Below, piece by piece: positions 39,001 to 51,267 of a DNA stretch of 64,000 nucleotides. Where the stretch lies: contig CBDBDR010000015.1 of the NCBI GenBank assembly GCA_965203965.1, positions 32,001 to 96,000 on the forward strand. The letters run 5' to 3'. The stretch's first letter is position 1, and each line of letters starts with the position of its first letter. The position numbers and the translations under genes were made by a program. This DNA comes from Thermodesulfobacteriota bacterium. GTDB lineage: Bacteria > Desulfobacterota_D > UBA1144 > Nemesobacterales > JAJCZQ01. Under the pieces are notes generated by a model. It saw only the letters and a list, made by a program, of their open reading frames with translations. It was not told the origin of the DNA and searched no databases.

Positions 39001-40243
39001 TCTCGCTCACTCCATTAGAAACATCTAAGATCCCTAGAATGAGTGTCATTAGTTCTCGACAGTTCAAACTTGCTGGAATAATAGTGGCAGGATATTTCGT
39101 ACAACACAACAGAAGAAACTGGATGACCTGCAATGTAGACCTGTTCTGTTGGACGGCTTGAGCTTGAAGAATGAGAAATATAGCTGACAGCAATGTAGCA
39201 CCATCAAGCTCACTCATGAAAGAAGGCGAATTCTCACACAGTTTCATCATTATCTTCCATATTAGCGACTGACACGCCATAGCCATGGAAAACTTTTGAG
39301 CAGCAAAGAGCAAAAGTAGATGAGAAGATTCTTCAACATACTGATCAGAACTGCTGGGACAAGCTTCAAGAAACTTGATTAAAGCACAAAGCAGCCCGGC
39401 TAATTCTTCTTTCTCCATGACATCGTAGCAGCCAACTAGCATTCTTAGCTTTCTGTGTACGCCATCACTATCAAGCTGTCGAAGGAGTGAGATTGATAGT
39501 CGTAAAGGAAATTGCCTACCACAAGCAATGGCTGGTTGAGTGAGACTACCATAGGTGTCTGTGTCGAATGCCTTGCAGTAAATTGCTGCAAGATTGGACA
39601 CCAGTTCAGGAGAAGAAAAGGATCGTTGAAAACAGACAGAAAGATCGCCTGTCAATTCAATAAGTATAGGTCCTCTAGATGGGTGATCTTTCCAGCTGAA
39701 AGACGAAAGAGCTGAGAGCACAGAAGAGACCACCGGAAAAGTAGTGGAAGGAGAAGAAATTGGGACAAATTTACTAGCAGCCGAATGACATGCTTTTGTA
39801 ACATTAGCAATGACATCATCATTGTGCAGGAACTTTCTGACCACTCTTTCAACAGCCAGCCACAACCTACACAGAAAACATTAATAATAGAGTGTAAATG
39901 TTCTAATTATGAGGTGAAAATTAGTGTCATGCAAATTAACAAAACTGAATCCAGAAAGTGAAAGTCAACGGAAACATTAATTTCTGACCAACCTTACGAA
40001 TGCACCGTGTTTGTAGGATATACTTACCTTGTAAGCTGGAGTGGGGTACATTCCATACTTGTATCCATCAAAATTTCGTTGATAACAGACATGTCAGCAT
40101 CACAATTTGGGTCAGTTCCTGTGATCACGAAATATACAATTTCTAAGTATTCTGGTCTGTTCAAAACAATCCTGACCTGTCGCCATGACACTGTTACATG
40201 AAGACCCGTCTTCTCGCTGAACTACAGATTCACTGGCTCCCAT
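36052..40243 (-). CDS. ARM-repeat + ATE_N/ATE_C arginyltransferase-like fusion (~1,300 aa) with MGASES N-terminus; exons 40243-40177, 40118-40028, 39866-~36052; apparent 1-nt frameshifts at ~38042, ~36329 and ~36094
   Basis: In-phase GT-AG splicing. Long helical ARM-like region (SIHAIGNVAL; ACCRVLRIL..GVVSVLLRLL). ATE_N-like CSNC..LTPHQYQCLIDNGWYRRG. ATE_C near-identical to the copy at 1-935. Confidence 0.78.
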
Positions 40244-40369
40244 CCTGTCGATCACCACAGAATCCGAAAACTCGATCGAACTTCTCGGAAAGATCTCCGT
40301 TCGTAGGCGGGTCCCGAATTGGCATCACGTGGATTTGCCGATCTATCACGTGATATAGCCGCCACAAAG
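40244..40369. promoter_or_regulatory. Bidirectional promoter region (ARM-ATE / SNW1) with two CACGTG E-boxes
   Basis: Divergent ATGs ~126 bp apart; CACGTG at 40326 and 40347; CpG-rich. Confidence 0.6.
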
Positions 40370-43062
40370 ATGTCTCTTTCAAGGTAAGATCCACGAGTAC
40401 AGCTTCTAGAACACACATGAGTCTTATTTCTTTCTTCTTAGCTTGTTGCCCAAGCCGACCCAGCTAGCCTATGACCCATCAGCTGAAACTGGAGGTGGGA
40501 ATGCTTCTTACCAAGTATGTCTTAAAACTCACTATTCTCTGTCAATGTTGATGTGTGTGTATATTAAACAGCCTGTAACTAAAAAAGAGCCACCACCGTA
40601 TGGTAGTCGAAGAGGATGGACTCCACGATCATTAGAGGTTGTGATATATTGTGTGTTGCTTACTCAATCACTCACTGCTGCTGTTAGGATTATGGCGACG
40701 GTGGGGCATTTCCTGAGATACATATAGCTCAATATCCACACAATATGGGCAAGAAAAAGGTGACTTTATTTACAGTAGATTGTAGATCCTCCTACTAAAC
40801 TTCACTATTTGAACCATTTTCATGGCTCTGTGGCCACGGGTTCAGATAAATGAAGCTGTGTATTTCAGCCATACCTTGAGGATGCTGGCGGGCTTTACAT
40901 GTTGGGCTACACAACCCATATGGCCATGGGCGATGCTCTGTATGTTCTTCTGTGTCCAGATTATTGGTGATGATTTTTTGAAAATCTTGCCAGCTTATTG
41001 GCAAACTTCTGGTTATGTGTGAGCAAGCTAAACTAGTTAGCAGAAAGCCAGAAACATATTTACTCACCATGATGAGTATGGCGGCTTCAACCTTCATTAC
41101 GACACCTCTGCTTGGGCTTCATGTCCTTGATGCTTGTAAATCGGATATTGCCCACGCAATAGTGTTATTAATAACATACCCACAAATTTTATTGCTAACA
41201 ATCTAGTTGTAGCAAATTTTTCCTATAGCAATCGTCAGCAGTAGTGCCGTTACAGCTGGATGCCACTGGTAAGCTGAAGTTTGATGCCTTAGCCAGGATT
41301 GGTCAGCGGAAGGATAAGGTAAACTGTTGTTAGACAGAGATATCACTGCCGCCTCCATTGCTACTTGTCTCTAGGTTGTGCATAGCTCACTACAGGCTAT
41401 GGTCCCTGCTAATATCAGTGCCAATGACCCTGGACTAGTTCCTCCTGATGAAGAAGATTTAGAGAAGGTGACAGAAGAGACCAGGCAAGCCCTGGAAAAG
41501 CTGGTACAGAAGAAGGTATCAGCAGCTCAGCCTGTCAAAGCTGCAGAGAAACTGGCACCAGCTCAGTACATTAGGTTAGTATTTTGTTCATGTGATATGC
41601 TACTGCACCATCTCCTGCTCCTTAGGTACACTCCAAGTCAGCAGGGAGCTGCCTACAATTCTGGAGCCAAGCAAAGGGTTATACGTATGGTTGAAGCCCA
41701 GCGTGATCCTATGTCTCCTCCTCGCTTCAAGACCAACACCAAAATCCCTCGTGGTCCTCCCTCTCCACCTGCACCTGTGCTCCACTCACCAACAAGAAAA
41801 GTAGCCATTGCTATACTTGCCTTCGGTACAGTCTCATTATACCACCTTCTTTTAGGTTACAGCCAAGGAGCAGCAAGACTGGAAAATCCCTCCTTGCATT
41901 TCTAACTGGAAGAACAATCGCGGTTACACCATTCCACTGGATAAAAGGCTGGCAGCTGATGGGCGAGGCTTACAGGATCACACTATAAATGACAACTTTG
42001 CAAAACTAGCCCAGGCACTGTACATGGCGGACAGAGAGGCATGACAAAAATAGGCAACTGTGTACTTCTTATTATTGCCCACTCTACAGGCTAGAATTGC
42101 TGTGGAGACTCGTAACCAGCAGGAAAGGAGGTTTGCTCAAAAGACTCAGGAAGGCAAGGAAGCAAAGCTGAGGGAGCTGGCTAGACAAGCCAGAGATCAA
42201 CGAGCGGGCATACGAACAGCTGATGCAGGAGGTGAGAAAGATATAACAAGTGATTTCACCTTGTTGTGATTCACCTTGCTGTGTGCTACCTACAGATGAT
42301 CAAGAGGTAGCTAAAGAGAGAGATCAGTTGAGATATGAGCGACACAAAGAGAGGGAAAGAGATCGCAGAATAGCTCGTGCTCATCCTGATAAGCGGTAGC
42401 TAAAAATATAGATTACTATATTGCATTGTCAATATTTCTCTTCAGGTCTAAGCTAGATCGTAACAAGGACAGAGATATCAGTGAGAAGATTGCTCTTGGA
42501 ATGCCTACTGGGGCTAATTCACAAGAAACCATGTTTGACCAGCGACTATTCAATAAGACACAGGTCAGCAGTCTATACTATCAACTCTACGTCTCTCTCA
42601 TTTGTAATGTTGCTTCAGGGCTTGGACTCGGGCTATGGTCTGGAAGATGATACCTACAATGTGTATGATAAACCATGGCGAGCAGCTGGAGGGGCAGGGC
42701 AAGCTATATACCGCCCTAGTAAGAATATGGACAAGGATATCTATGGTGATGATGTTGAGAAACTTATCAATACTAGCAGGTGAGACAATGTGTTCTCCTT
42801 CTCGATTGTTCTGGTCTTTTTTTAGGTTCCAACCGGACAAGGAATTCTCAGGCACTGATCGTTCTCGTGTGCGTGATGGTCCGGTACAGTTTGAGAAAGA
42901 GGTAGTAGATGAAGATCTGTTTGGACTCAACCAGTTCTTGACTGAAGCCAAGAAGGCAAAGCGTCCGACAGACAGCTCCAGGTGAAATACTTATTGTGTC
43001 GCTGTAATGTCAACATTCTCTATTGCAGGGACAGCTCTCGCTCTAAAAAACCAAAATACTAA
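40370..43062 (+). CDS. SNW1: SNW domain-containing protein 1 (SKIP/Prp45)
   Basis: DYGDGGAFPEIHIAQYP, AQYIRYTP, QRDPMSPPRFK, GPPSPPAPVLHSP, KIPPCISNWKN, DISEKIALG, FDQRLFN. Confidence 0.96.
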
Positions 43063-43340
43063 ACTGTTGCAGTCAATTAATTTTTGTCTCAAACACGACA
43101 TGTTAACTATTATGTCCTCCAATACTGCTGTTTGATAAAAGTGAAATCAAATGTACCATCAAGTAGTTACCCCACCCTTACGTTTCACAACACAACTGAG
43201 CTACAGTGAACTTTTGAACACTTATCATACTCACTGCCAGGTTCACCAAACCTTCGAATCACATGACTAGCTGACAAACACATTAATGAATGATCATAAA
43301 ATTCAACTTCAACAGTTAGTAATTATGCTAGATGAATGAA

Positions 43341-45110
43341 TCATTTGAATATCTTGCCGTCCTGGACTTCTTTGCCACCAAAGTCTCCTTCCCAGAGTAG
43401 GTACTTGTTGATCATTTGACGATGTTCCTCGTTGGCTGGATCCAACTTAGTGAAATCATAGGATGGAGCATCAATGTTCCAATTCTCGTTCAGCTGTGAT
43501 GTAACACAAAATAATGATTGTCTACAATAACAAAACGACTTACAGAAAATGCCAGTTCTTGTCCCCTAAATACCCATATTCCTTCTATTGAAGCATTGTT
43601 GTTTTCACCGAGTATTAGTACGCTGGCAAATGCTGTTTTTCTCAGCTTATCAATTCGCTGAAACATTCCGCTGACAAGGTTACTGCACATAAATATCATC
43701 TTGAGCTCTTCTTTGTATTTGTAGTCTGCTCGCCATATGCTATACCCCTCAGGATCAAAATGCTCCCAGAAGAAAGGAATAGCTTTAGTGGCTGTGTCTT
43801 CATTTGAGTAGCTCCGCTTAAAGTCATCCATGACAAAGGTGCTAAATGAAGAGATAAAATCATTATTTTTAAATAAGAATTATATGTGTATACCTAGGAG
43901 GAAGGTCTGCATAGGGATCTGATTTTGAAGGTTTGGGAGTATCATCTTCCTCCTCAGCAGCAGCAGGAGGTGGAGCAGGTTTTGGCTCTGCTTTTGGTTG
44001 TGCTGGTTTTGGTTTCTGTTGTTGATCTTGTGCAGCTGGCTTTTTCTTATCCTTAGGGAAGAGCTGTTGATATTTCTTGGCTAGGAAATGAAAGATAAAG
44101 TCACTGTTAAGTTCAAAAAAGTATTGTGTCCTACCATCAAACTGTGCCATCTTCTCACATAGTGTTACGTCTCCTAAAACAGATTTGAACTGAGGCTGGT
44201 TGATACACGTGACAAACCATCGATTGACATGTACAAATTCAGCTCTAAATTTTGGTTCTAACACCTATTCAAATAGAGTTCAAAACCGTGATATTAACAA
44301 AACCAGTGCTTACCTGTTGATACAACATAAGAAGATTGCAACAGACTGTAATGTCAGCCAGTGTAACTCTCTCACCGACAAGGAAAGTACGAGTCTCGAG
44401 AGTAGAGTTGAGCACTTTCAGAAGACCCTTGATGCTTTCTTGTGCTTGCCGCGTTGCCTTCAAACACAACAAACAATGGTCATTATCTTTAAAATGTATT
44501 GAAGTACCTCTTTGTTGTACTGTGTGAGACCAAGAGTAGGGAAGACCCAGACACAAGCTTGTGGAAGTATTTCATTATCAGCAAAGTTTATGTACTGTTG
44601 TACTAAAGCAGCATCTCTGTCGGATGTGCCTCTTAGTTCAGGCGATGCAACTAGGTTGACAAGAGGACACAATAGGTGATGGATTGCAACACAGCAGTAT
44701 TATACCATAGTAGGCTATTGCATTGCTTTCATATATTGGTGTTCCATCTGCTGCTTCAAATGCAGGAACCTTTAGTAAAGATATCCAGATTTCACAGACT
44801 GAGAAACAACAAATTACACACCTTTCCCAAGGGAAACTTCGACAAAAATTCGGCAGTTTTATTGGTCTTGCCTAAGACGAAGTCAGGTGGATCACAGACA
44901 CAATTTACTTTAGCCTCGCTGTACTCTGCAGCGATTAGGACCTTGTAGGCACGGAAATTGTCAGGATACGTGTACAGGGTCTGCATCGAGAACAAAGAAG
45001 AATAATGGTCAATAAAACAACGATTCATATGATTGAAATAATAAGGACTGTTGAATATGATGGATTGAAACACACTAAATGGATAAACAACAGTAACTTA
45101 CTCCAGCCAT
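43341..45110 (-). CDS. EEF1G: Translation elongation factor 1-gamma
   Basis: [91 protein letters not shown]. Confidence 0.96.
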
Positions 45111-45197
45111 TGCTGCGCAAAATGTACAATATATGCACACGCTGATTTTTCTCTATACTTTTCACGCATGCGCAGTTCTAACCAAAGCCAAATCAAA

Positions 45198-45974
45198 ATG
45201 GCCGCCATAATTAGACGAATTCGCAACTTTAGAGCTACTTCACTTCAGTATGGCAAGAGTTGGAGCACATCAACTGTTCTCAGAGAGGGCTATAGACATC
45301 TTCACACGTCGAGAGCAACATTTGGAGGTGGAAAGTCATTTGTACATAGAGATACACCTGAGAACAACCCAGACACTCCTTTTGAGTTTACTTCTGAAAA
45401 CATGAAACGTGTGGAAAAGATAATAGCCAACTATCCTGATGGTCACCAAGCGGCTGCTGTTATACCTGTGCTTGATCTTGCTCAGCGTCAGCATGGCTGG
45501 TTGCCGATATCGGCCATGAACAGTGTGGCAGAAATACTCAATATGCCACGAATGCGTGTGTACGAGGTAGCCACATTTTATACTATGTTTAATCGAGATC
45601 CTGTTGGCAAGTACCATGTGCAGATTTGCACTACGACACCATGTATGCTGTGTGACTCTGACGCCATCTTGAATGCTATTCGTAGCAAGCTGGGTATTGA
45701 AGTGGGAGAGACAACCAAGGACGGGTTGTTTACTCTAGGTGAGGTAGAGTGTCTGGGAGCATGCGTGAATGCCCCTATGGTGCAGATTAATGATCACTAC
45801 TATGAGGATTTGGAGCCTCAAGACATCATTGATATTCTTGACGAGTTGAAGGCTGGAAAACAACCCAAACCAGGCCCTCGTAGCTGCCGGCATGCCAGTG
45901 AGCCAATTAGTGGACTAACAAGTTTAACTGGAACTCCTATTGGCCCAGGATATGGTGTCAGAAAGGATCTTTAG
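45198..45974 (+). CDS. NDUFV2: NADH dehydrogenase flavoprotein 2 (complex I 24 kDa subunit), intronless
   Basis: [49 protein letters not shown]; mitochondrial presequence-like N-terminus. Confidence 0.97.
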   Translation: MAAIIRRIRNFRATSLQYGKSWSTSTVLREGYRHLHTSRATFGGGKSFVHRDTPENNPDTPFEFTSENMKRVEKIIANYPDGHQAAAVIPVLDLAQRQHGWLPISAMNSVAEILNMPRMRVYEVATFYTMFNRDPVGKYHVQICTTTPCMLCDSDAILNAIRSKLGIEVGETTKDGLFTLGEVECLGACVNAPMVQINDHYYEDLEPQDIIDILDELKAGKQPKPGPRSCRHASEPISGLTSLTGTPIGPGYGVRKDL

Positions 45975-46282
45975 ATATTCACATGACATTGTACAGTACT
46001 TATCCAGCATTACGTATAGTTATTACAGTCATAATAATACATCCTTTTTCCACTGAGCCACGCCCACAATATTGCTGCTTGCGCGTAGTAACGAGCGCGT
46101 CCACTACCCAGCGCGATCTTCAGTGATTATGTTTGGAAGCAAAAGAGCGCTTGCTGAAGGATGTAACATTGTCCACAACGATGATATGTGGTAGGAAAAA
46201 TTATGTCACGATTTTCACGTCACTTGCTTGCATGCTTTTGCAGGAAGGATCACGTGAGTTCGGAGCTGCGCACAGCGCGTAA

Positions 46283-46669
46283 ATGGCCGCACTTATGGGG
46301 TCATATGATCGACCTATGTCAGGAGGTGATCTCAATAAAATGATAATCTTCTCATCTAACCTGTTTTCTCTTCAGGCAAACTGTTCGCTGCAGCTAGAAG
46401 GAACTACACAGCACCACCGGGTCTCGCTTCCCACAGTTCCTCTACATCTCTCCTACACCAATCAGATCAGAGAGACTGAAAGACAAATGAAGATGATGCA
46501 ACGATACAGCCGATACCCACAAACTACAACCGGGGCAGTGGGCTGGGACAAGAGCAAGTTGGGAGAGAAATCTTGGAAATGGTTCGGCAGTCGTAAGAGA
46601 GGCAAACTGAGCATAAGCAAACTTTTAAATCAACCGGAACCAGACCTTATACAGAGAACAATGCCATAA
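46283..46669 (+). CDS. Small hypothetical protein, possibly C20orf85/LLC1-like ciliary protein; 5' structure uncertain
   Basis: YPQTTTGAVGW resembles the PQTTQGFIGW motif of C20orf85; CACGTG at 46251; AATAAA after the stop. Confidence 0.45.
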   Translation: MAALMGSYDRPMSGGDLNKMIIFSSNLFSLQANCSLQLEGTTQHHRVSLPTVPLHLSYTNQIRETERQMKMMQRYSRYPQTTTGAVGWDKSKLGEKSWKWFGSRKRGKLSISKLLNQPEPDLIQRTMP

Positions 46670-46716
46670 TATTGTTGTGGTCAATAAAATAATTTTAATG
46701 CACAGGAACACATCAA

Positions 46717-46740
46717 CACACACACACACACACACACACA
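46717..46740. repeat. (AC)n microsatellite
   Basis: About 12 AC units. Confidence 0.9.
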
Positions 46741-47021
46741 TGATGGTATAATATTATTAACAGAGAAGTGTTATCTCAAAATAAACTTTTCTATGGTCGA
46801 TGTACATTACAGAGAAGGAGCCTCAGCATAGGAAGGAGATCAGGAGAATTGTAGTACCACTCACAAGCCATTTCTTACAATTATAATACAAAGAGAAAGA
46901 AAGTGCTGAGATAGAAAAAGACGCTTGCCAAAGTTATGAAACATCTTGAGCTCAAAACTGCGTGGAGAAAAAAAATTGTAAAAATATACAGCATAAACAT
47001 CACTGTGCTGACTCACTTCAA

Positions 47022-50000
47022 TCACGTCGAAGCTTGTCTACTAGTCTGGTCACTACTGGGGGCTCCCTCAGTTAGGTCCACAAGTAGAGCATCTCCCCCT
47101 CCCTCTGGGCTGAGGAGATCAAGAGGTGTTCGTGACTCTGCTCCTAGGTCAGGTGGAAGGTCATGTGATTGGGCAGCAATATCTGGAGGTGAGGAATTAG
47201 CAGTGAGTTGCGATCCACGAACAGCAGCTGGAGCAAGTGGCTGACTAGTTGAAGAAGACACATCAACTATGTCTGGCAGTTGTTCCGCAGTGCTTCCTAG
47301 AGGTTGCTGGTGACTGCTGCCAGATGAGCCCTCTCCAGATCCTCCTGCTGCGAGCAAATCCAGTTCCATTCCTTCTCCTGGCCGAGGTGAAACAGGAGAC
47401 AAGCTACCATCAGGGCTACTGCAGCCCTCTCGTGGGCTGTGACTTTCACTCTCAGCCTCGTATACAATCAGGGCATCAACAGTCTTCTCCATTTCGGCAG
47501 GAGTGGCCGATCCTTTATCCATCACAGGTGCTCTCTTGAACGGATCTTCCTTCATCATGGCTGCAGCTGTCTCCTCATTATAAACATTATCTAATGATCC
47601 TACTAATGAAGGATCAACCTCCTTTTGCTCATCATCGTCATCATCAACAACTAATAAAGTGATTAAAATCTTTATAATAGCAGTAGCTGGATATTACATA
47701 CCTTCTTGCTGTGGTGGCTTTTGTTGTTGTTGCTCTTCTAGTTGCTGCTGTTGTCGCACTTGATTTTGCTGTTTTTCTCTTTGTTCTTTCTCTTTGTGGT
47801 TGCGTGAACGATAGCCATCCATCTCTGCTAAAAGTTCTCGAATGAGTTGTCGATCACGCTAAACAATGATGATAAAATTTAGATAACTACATTATGATAA
47901 TAAACTTACTACCTGGTCCACTTTGTATGTCTTGGGCATGTCCAGTAACAACAATCTGTGGTTCATGCGAAGGGCAAGCTTTAAAGCCATTAATCCAGCT
48001 ATACGAATGTCATTCTCTCTCAGATCAACATGACTAATAAACTTGCTCTCAGCCAATACCTCTGCCAGTGCTATGGCTCCTAACATTGAGTAGAGTATTA
48101 CCCCTCAATAATCTCCTTTTACACATACCTTCACAGGTAATTCTTGAGCCTGACAAGAACAGTCTGTCTACAGAGCGATTTGCCAACAAACCCAACTTTA
48201 ACATAAACAAGCCATTGTCTCCAAATTTGTTATTGGACACATTCAGTTCTCTCAGTGTACGAGTACAAGGCTGAGGAAGAGTCCATAACATTATTGCATT
48301 GCTGTATAATCAAGGCTTACCAGCATGGCTGATATATGATGTATTCCATCGTGTGTTAGGCTGTTAGTATGAGCAGTTAGCACTTCTAGGCCTTCTTGCT
48401 GTTCTGCTATACCAGCACATATGTACCGAATACCAGGATCCTATGGGAATTCGACAGTATTCTATTACTACACAACTCAGAGTGATACCAGTAATTAATC
48501 TACACATAATAGAGTAGCTCACTACAATGTGCCGACACATACCTGGAGGTTGTTATCACTGACATCCAGTATACGCAATGTCTTGTTAGAGCGTAGTATA
48601 CTGCCGAGATGCTGGCCATCTTCTGGTACAAGATGATTACGAGCAAGATAGAGCTCCTCAAGATTCTCATTAAACTTCATTGCAGCCACTGGAGGAGAGA
48701 TAAGTAACAAGCTACTTGTGTGTAGCATGTGGTTACTCACTCATGATAAATGTTCCTTTTCCTGACAGGTGATTTCCCTCGATCCTAAGAACACGAAGTC
48801 CACAGTTAGCACGTACAGAACGTAGCAGTAGTGTAAGTGTCTGCTCATCTAGTCCACAGTAACTGACATCAATAGTGTGAAGGAATGGACTCTGCAAATA
48901 AGGGAAGGTTAATAAAGACCTTGTGTGCCAACATTCTAACACACAATTGTTCACTAGCTAATGCACTCACTTTTTTCAACGTTCTCCCAATTGTTAACCA
49001 CGCTCGCGGTCTGAGCTTGTTATTGTGAGCCAACAGTACTCTAGTAGCACAGCCATAGAACTCAACCATTTCACACAGCGCAATAATACCCTGCAATAGG
49101 TTATCCAATAGCTAATTATACATACACTAACAAACAGGCTGTACAGAGAATAGTATAAGCACAAACGCACAACATGCATACTCTTGTCGCACACCTCATC
49201 TTCAAGACTGGTTCTCTCTAGTTTAAGAGTGTTTGAATGAATTCTACTTAAAATGGACTCCAACGCCTCACATGATCTATTATCCAGTTTAACACCTAAA
49301 GACAAAAGATAAAAATCGTAAATACAGCAATTTTATTACTTCTTGTAAGGGTAAAGCATAGAGTGTAGACCGTAAATCATGGAGTACTATGCGTTAAAAT
49401 CTCATTAAGTCTTTCATCATGGTCCACTGTGTGAATAAATTGACACTTTAGTGACTGCAAGGTGATGCTTGATAAAATCTCAGTACACAGCTTTTGTAAA
49501 CAGAAGCGATACTGTCAACTAAAAATTATTCCCGGCTATTAATTACCATTACAATATCAACCACAGTCAATTAAGTACACGAGTAAGAACACAAAACACC
49601 GTTCATAGTTGATGGTTACCTGTAAGATCAATCGTATCAATAGGATCATCGAGACTGTACAGACCCTGGGGAAGAGGAGGATAAAACAGTGCTCACAGTA
49701 TGTGTACAACTGATTGCACAAAAATGAAACAGAAATCTCTAGACATAGTAAGCATACCATCATGTGCAATAGACACACACTACCTTGAGCTGATCTAGTA
49801 GTATCTGAATTGGTTTGACTCTGTTCACAACACACTCCCTCTGATAGTGCTCCATCATATCCTTAACTGTCTCATTAGTGTCTGAACAAAATCACAGTGA
49901 GTTTAAACCAGCAGAGAACCACGAATGCACCTTTTCTCCACAGATCTTTGTCGTTAAACTCCACTTCTAGTTGTTCATCTCTGAATTTCACGTGTTTCTT

Positions 50001-50276
50001 GTTTGGGGACTTTGTACGAGCATTTCTCCAAGGAGCCTCATCGTCATCATCATCATCCTCCTCTTCTTTTAAGCAGCCTTCAGTACTGACTCCCACAGCC
50101 ACCACCTCACTCATTGCTGTAACAGCATTACCAACACCCATCATTGTCTGAATAAAGAGAATTTAAAGAAGAGGGTAGCATTAGCAGTAGCTCCACCCTA
50201 CACACCTGAGGCAGTCTAATTGAGGGATCTGGATGTTCACTATCGGTAGAATTTCGTCGGTCATGGTCTCCTCCAT
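47022..50276 (-). CDS. PPP1R37: Protein phosphatase 1 regulatory subunit 37 (RI-type LRR); first exon uncertain
   Basis: RVxF-like KHVKF..DLWRK; IDLTGVKLDNRSCEALESI; LEELYLARNHL; ITCEGAIALAE; VDLRENDIRIAGLMAL. Confidence 0.85.
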
Positions 50277-50627
50277 CTCGTGAGACGATATTTACACTAC
50301 TTGACATTGTATTTACCTGGGAAATGTTTTAATACTAACATCACAGCTTCACAGTCACGTGATCTCATCTCTCACCTGTTAGTGTTTCCCGAGGAAGTAT
50401 CCAGCATATCGTTCAGACCTACTAGCCTCTTCGTCTTCTATCCCTCTCTATACGCGTTTCTGGCTTCAGGCTACAGCCAGCGACAGAACAGCAGGGAAGT
50501 GCTTATTGGTGGAGGCAGAGTTTTGCTTTAGTTATCACGTGCCTGTTTTCCGTCTTTCTCCGTCTACGCAAATCTGAGGGTGGAGTTTGGAGGACCAAAC
50601 ACCGAGGCAAACACACAGCCAACAGAC

Positions 50628-51071
50628 ATGTTCTACAAGTTCAGCCAGGCCTCGAGCAAGCTTCAGGCGACCGAGGCAAGAGCAGCCTATGGTCCTCAGG
50701 TAACTGTAAACACCAAATTTCCGTTTTGTTAGCCATAATATATCCGTTCCCATGTAGAGTTTTGCTCAAACTGCTGCTGTGGCAGAGCCAAAACACATAC
50801 CACCCTACAAACCATCTGGAAGCTTCATGATTGATCGGTCTATCAACAAAGTGAAGCATGTTCAAAAAATCTTTCAAGTATGTGAAGTGTATGTGGTTTG
50901 AACACTCTCTACTCTATTCAGGAGGGTAGTCTTCCAGTACATCTGAGAGGTGGTCCGATGAATATACTAATATATCGCGGTGCTATGATAGGATCTTGTG
51001 TGGGCCTTGGGTTAACCTATTATGCTATATACAGTATGGCTACTGGTCGGATGAAGAAGAAAGAACAATAG
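50628..51071 (+). CDS. COX7A2L: Cytochrome c oxidase subunit 7A-related protein (COX7A2L/SCAF1-like); exons 50628-50700, 50758-50877, 50922-51071 (approx.)
   Basis: Spliced MFYKFSQASSKLQATEARAAYGPQ..NKVKHVQKIFQEGSLPVHLRGGPMNILIYRG.. followed by a TM helix; not called in the ORF track. Confidence 0.8.
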
Positions 51072-51267
51072 AGACATCACTATAGCTATAGCATTGTAAT
51101 TTAGACTGTTGTTACATTACTAGTAGACACCATCACCTGAAACAATGTCCCAATTAACTATCAGCTAAAACCAACGTATTTTGGTGATTTAGCATGTGAT
51201 CCATTGGCATAGCTTCAATGATTTTGTTACCAGTATTTTAAGAGAAATCAATATAATAGTGATACAT

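Noticed and set aside
40760..41228. Enlarged SNW1 intron with an antisense 100-aa ORF (40795-41097) or a possible snoRNA
   Set aside because: No recognisable protein motif, no consistent splice model and no convincing C/D or H/ACA box arrangement.
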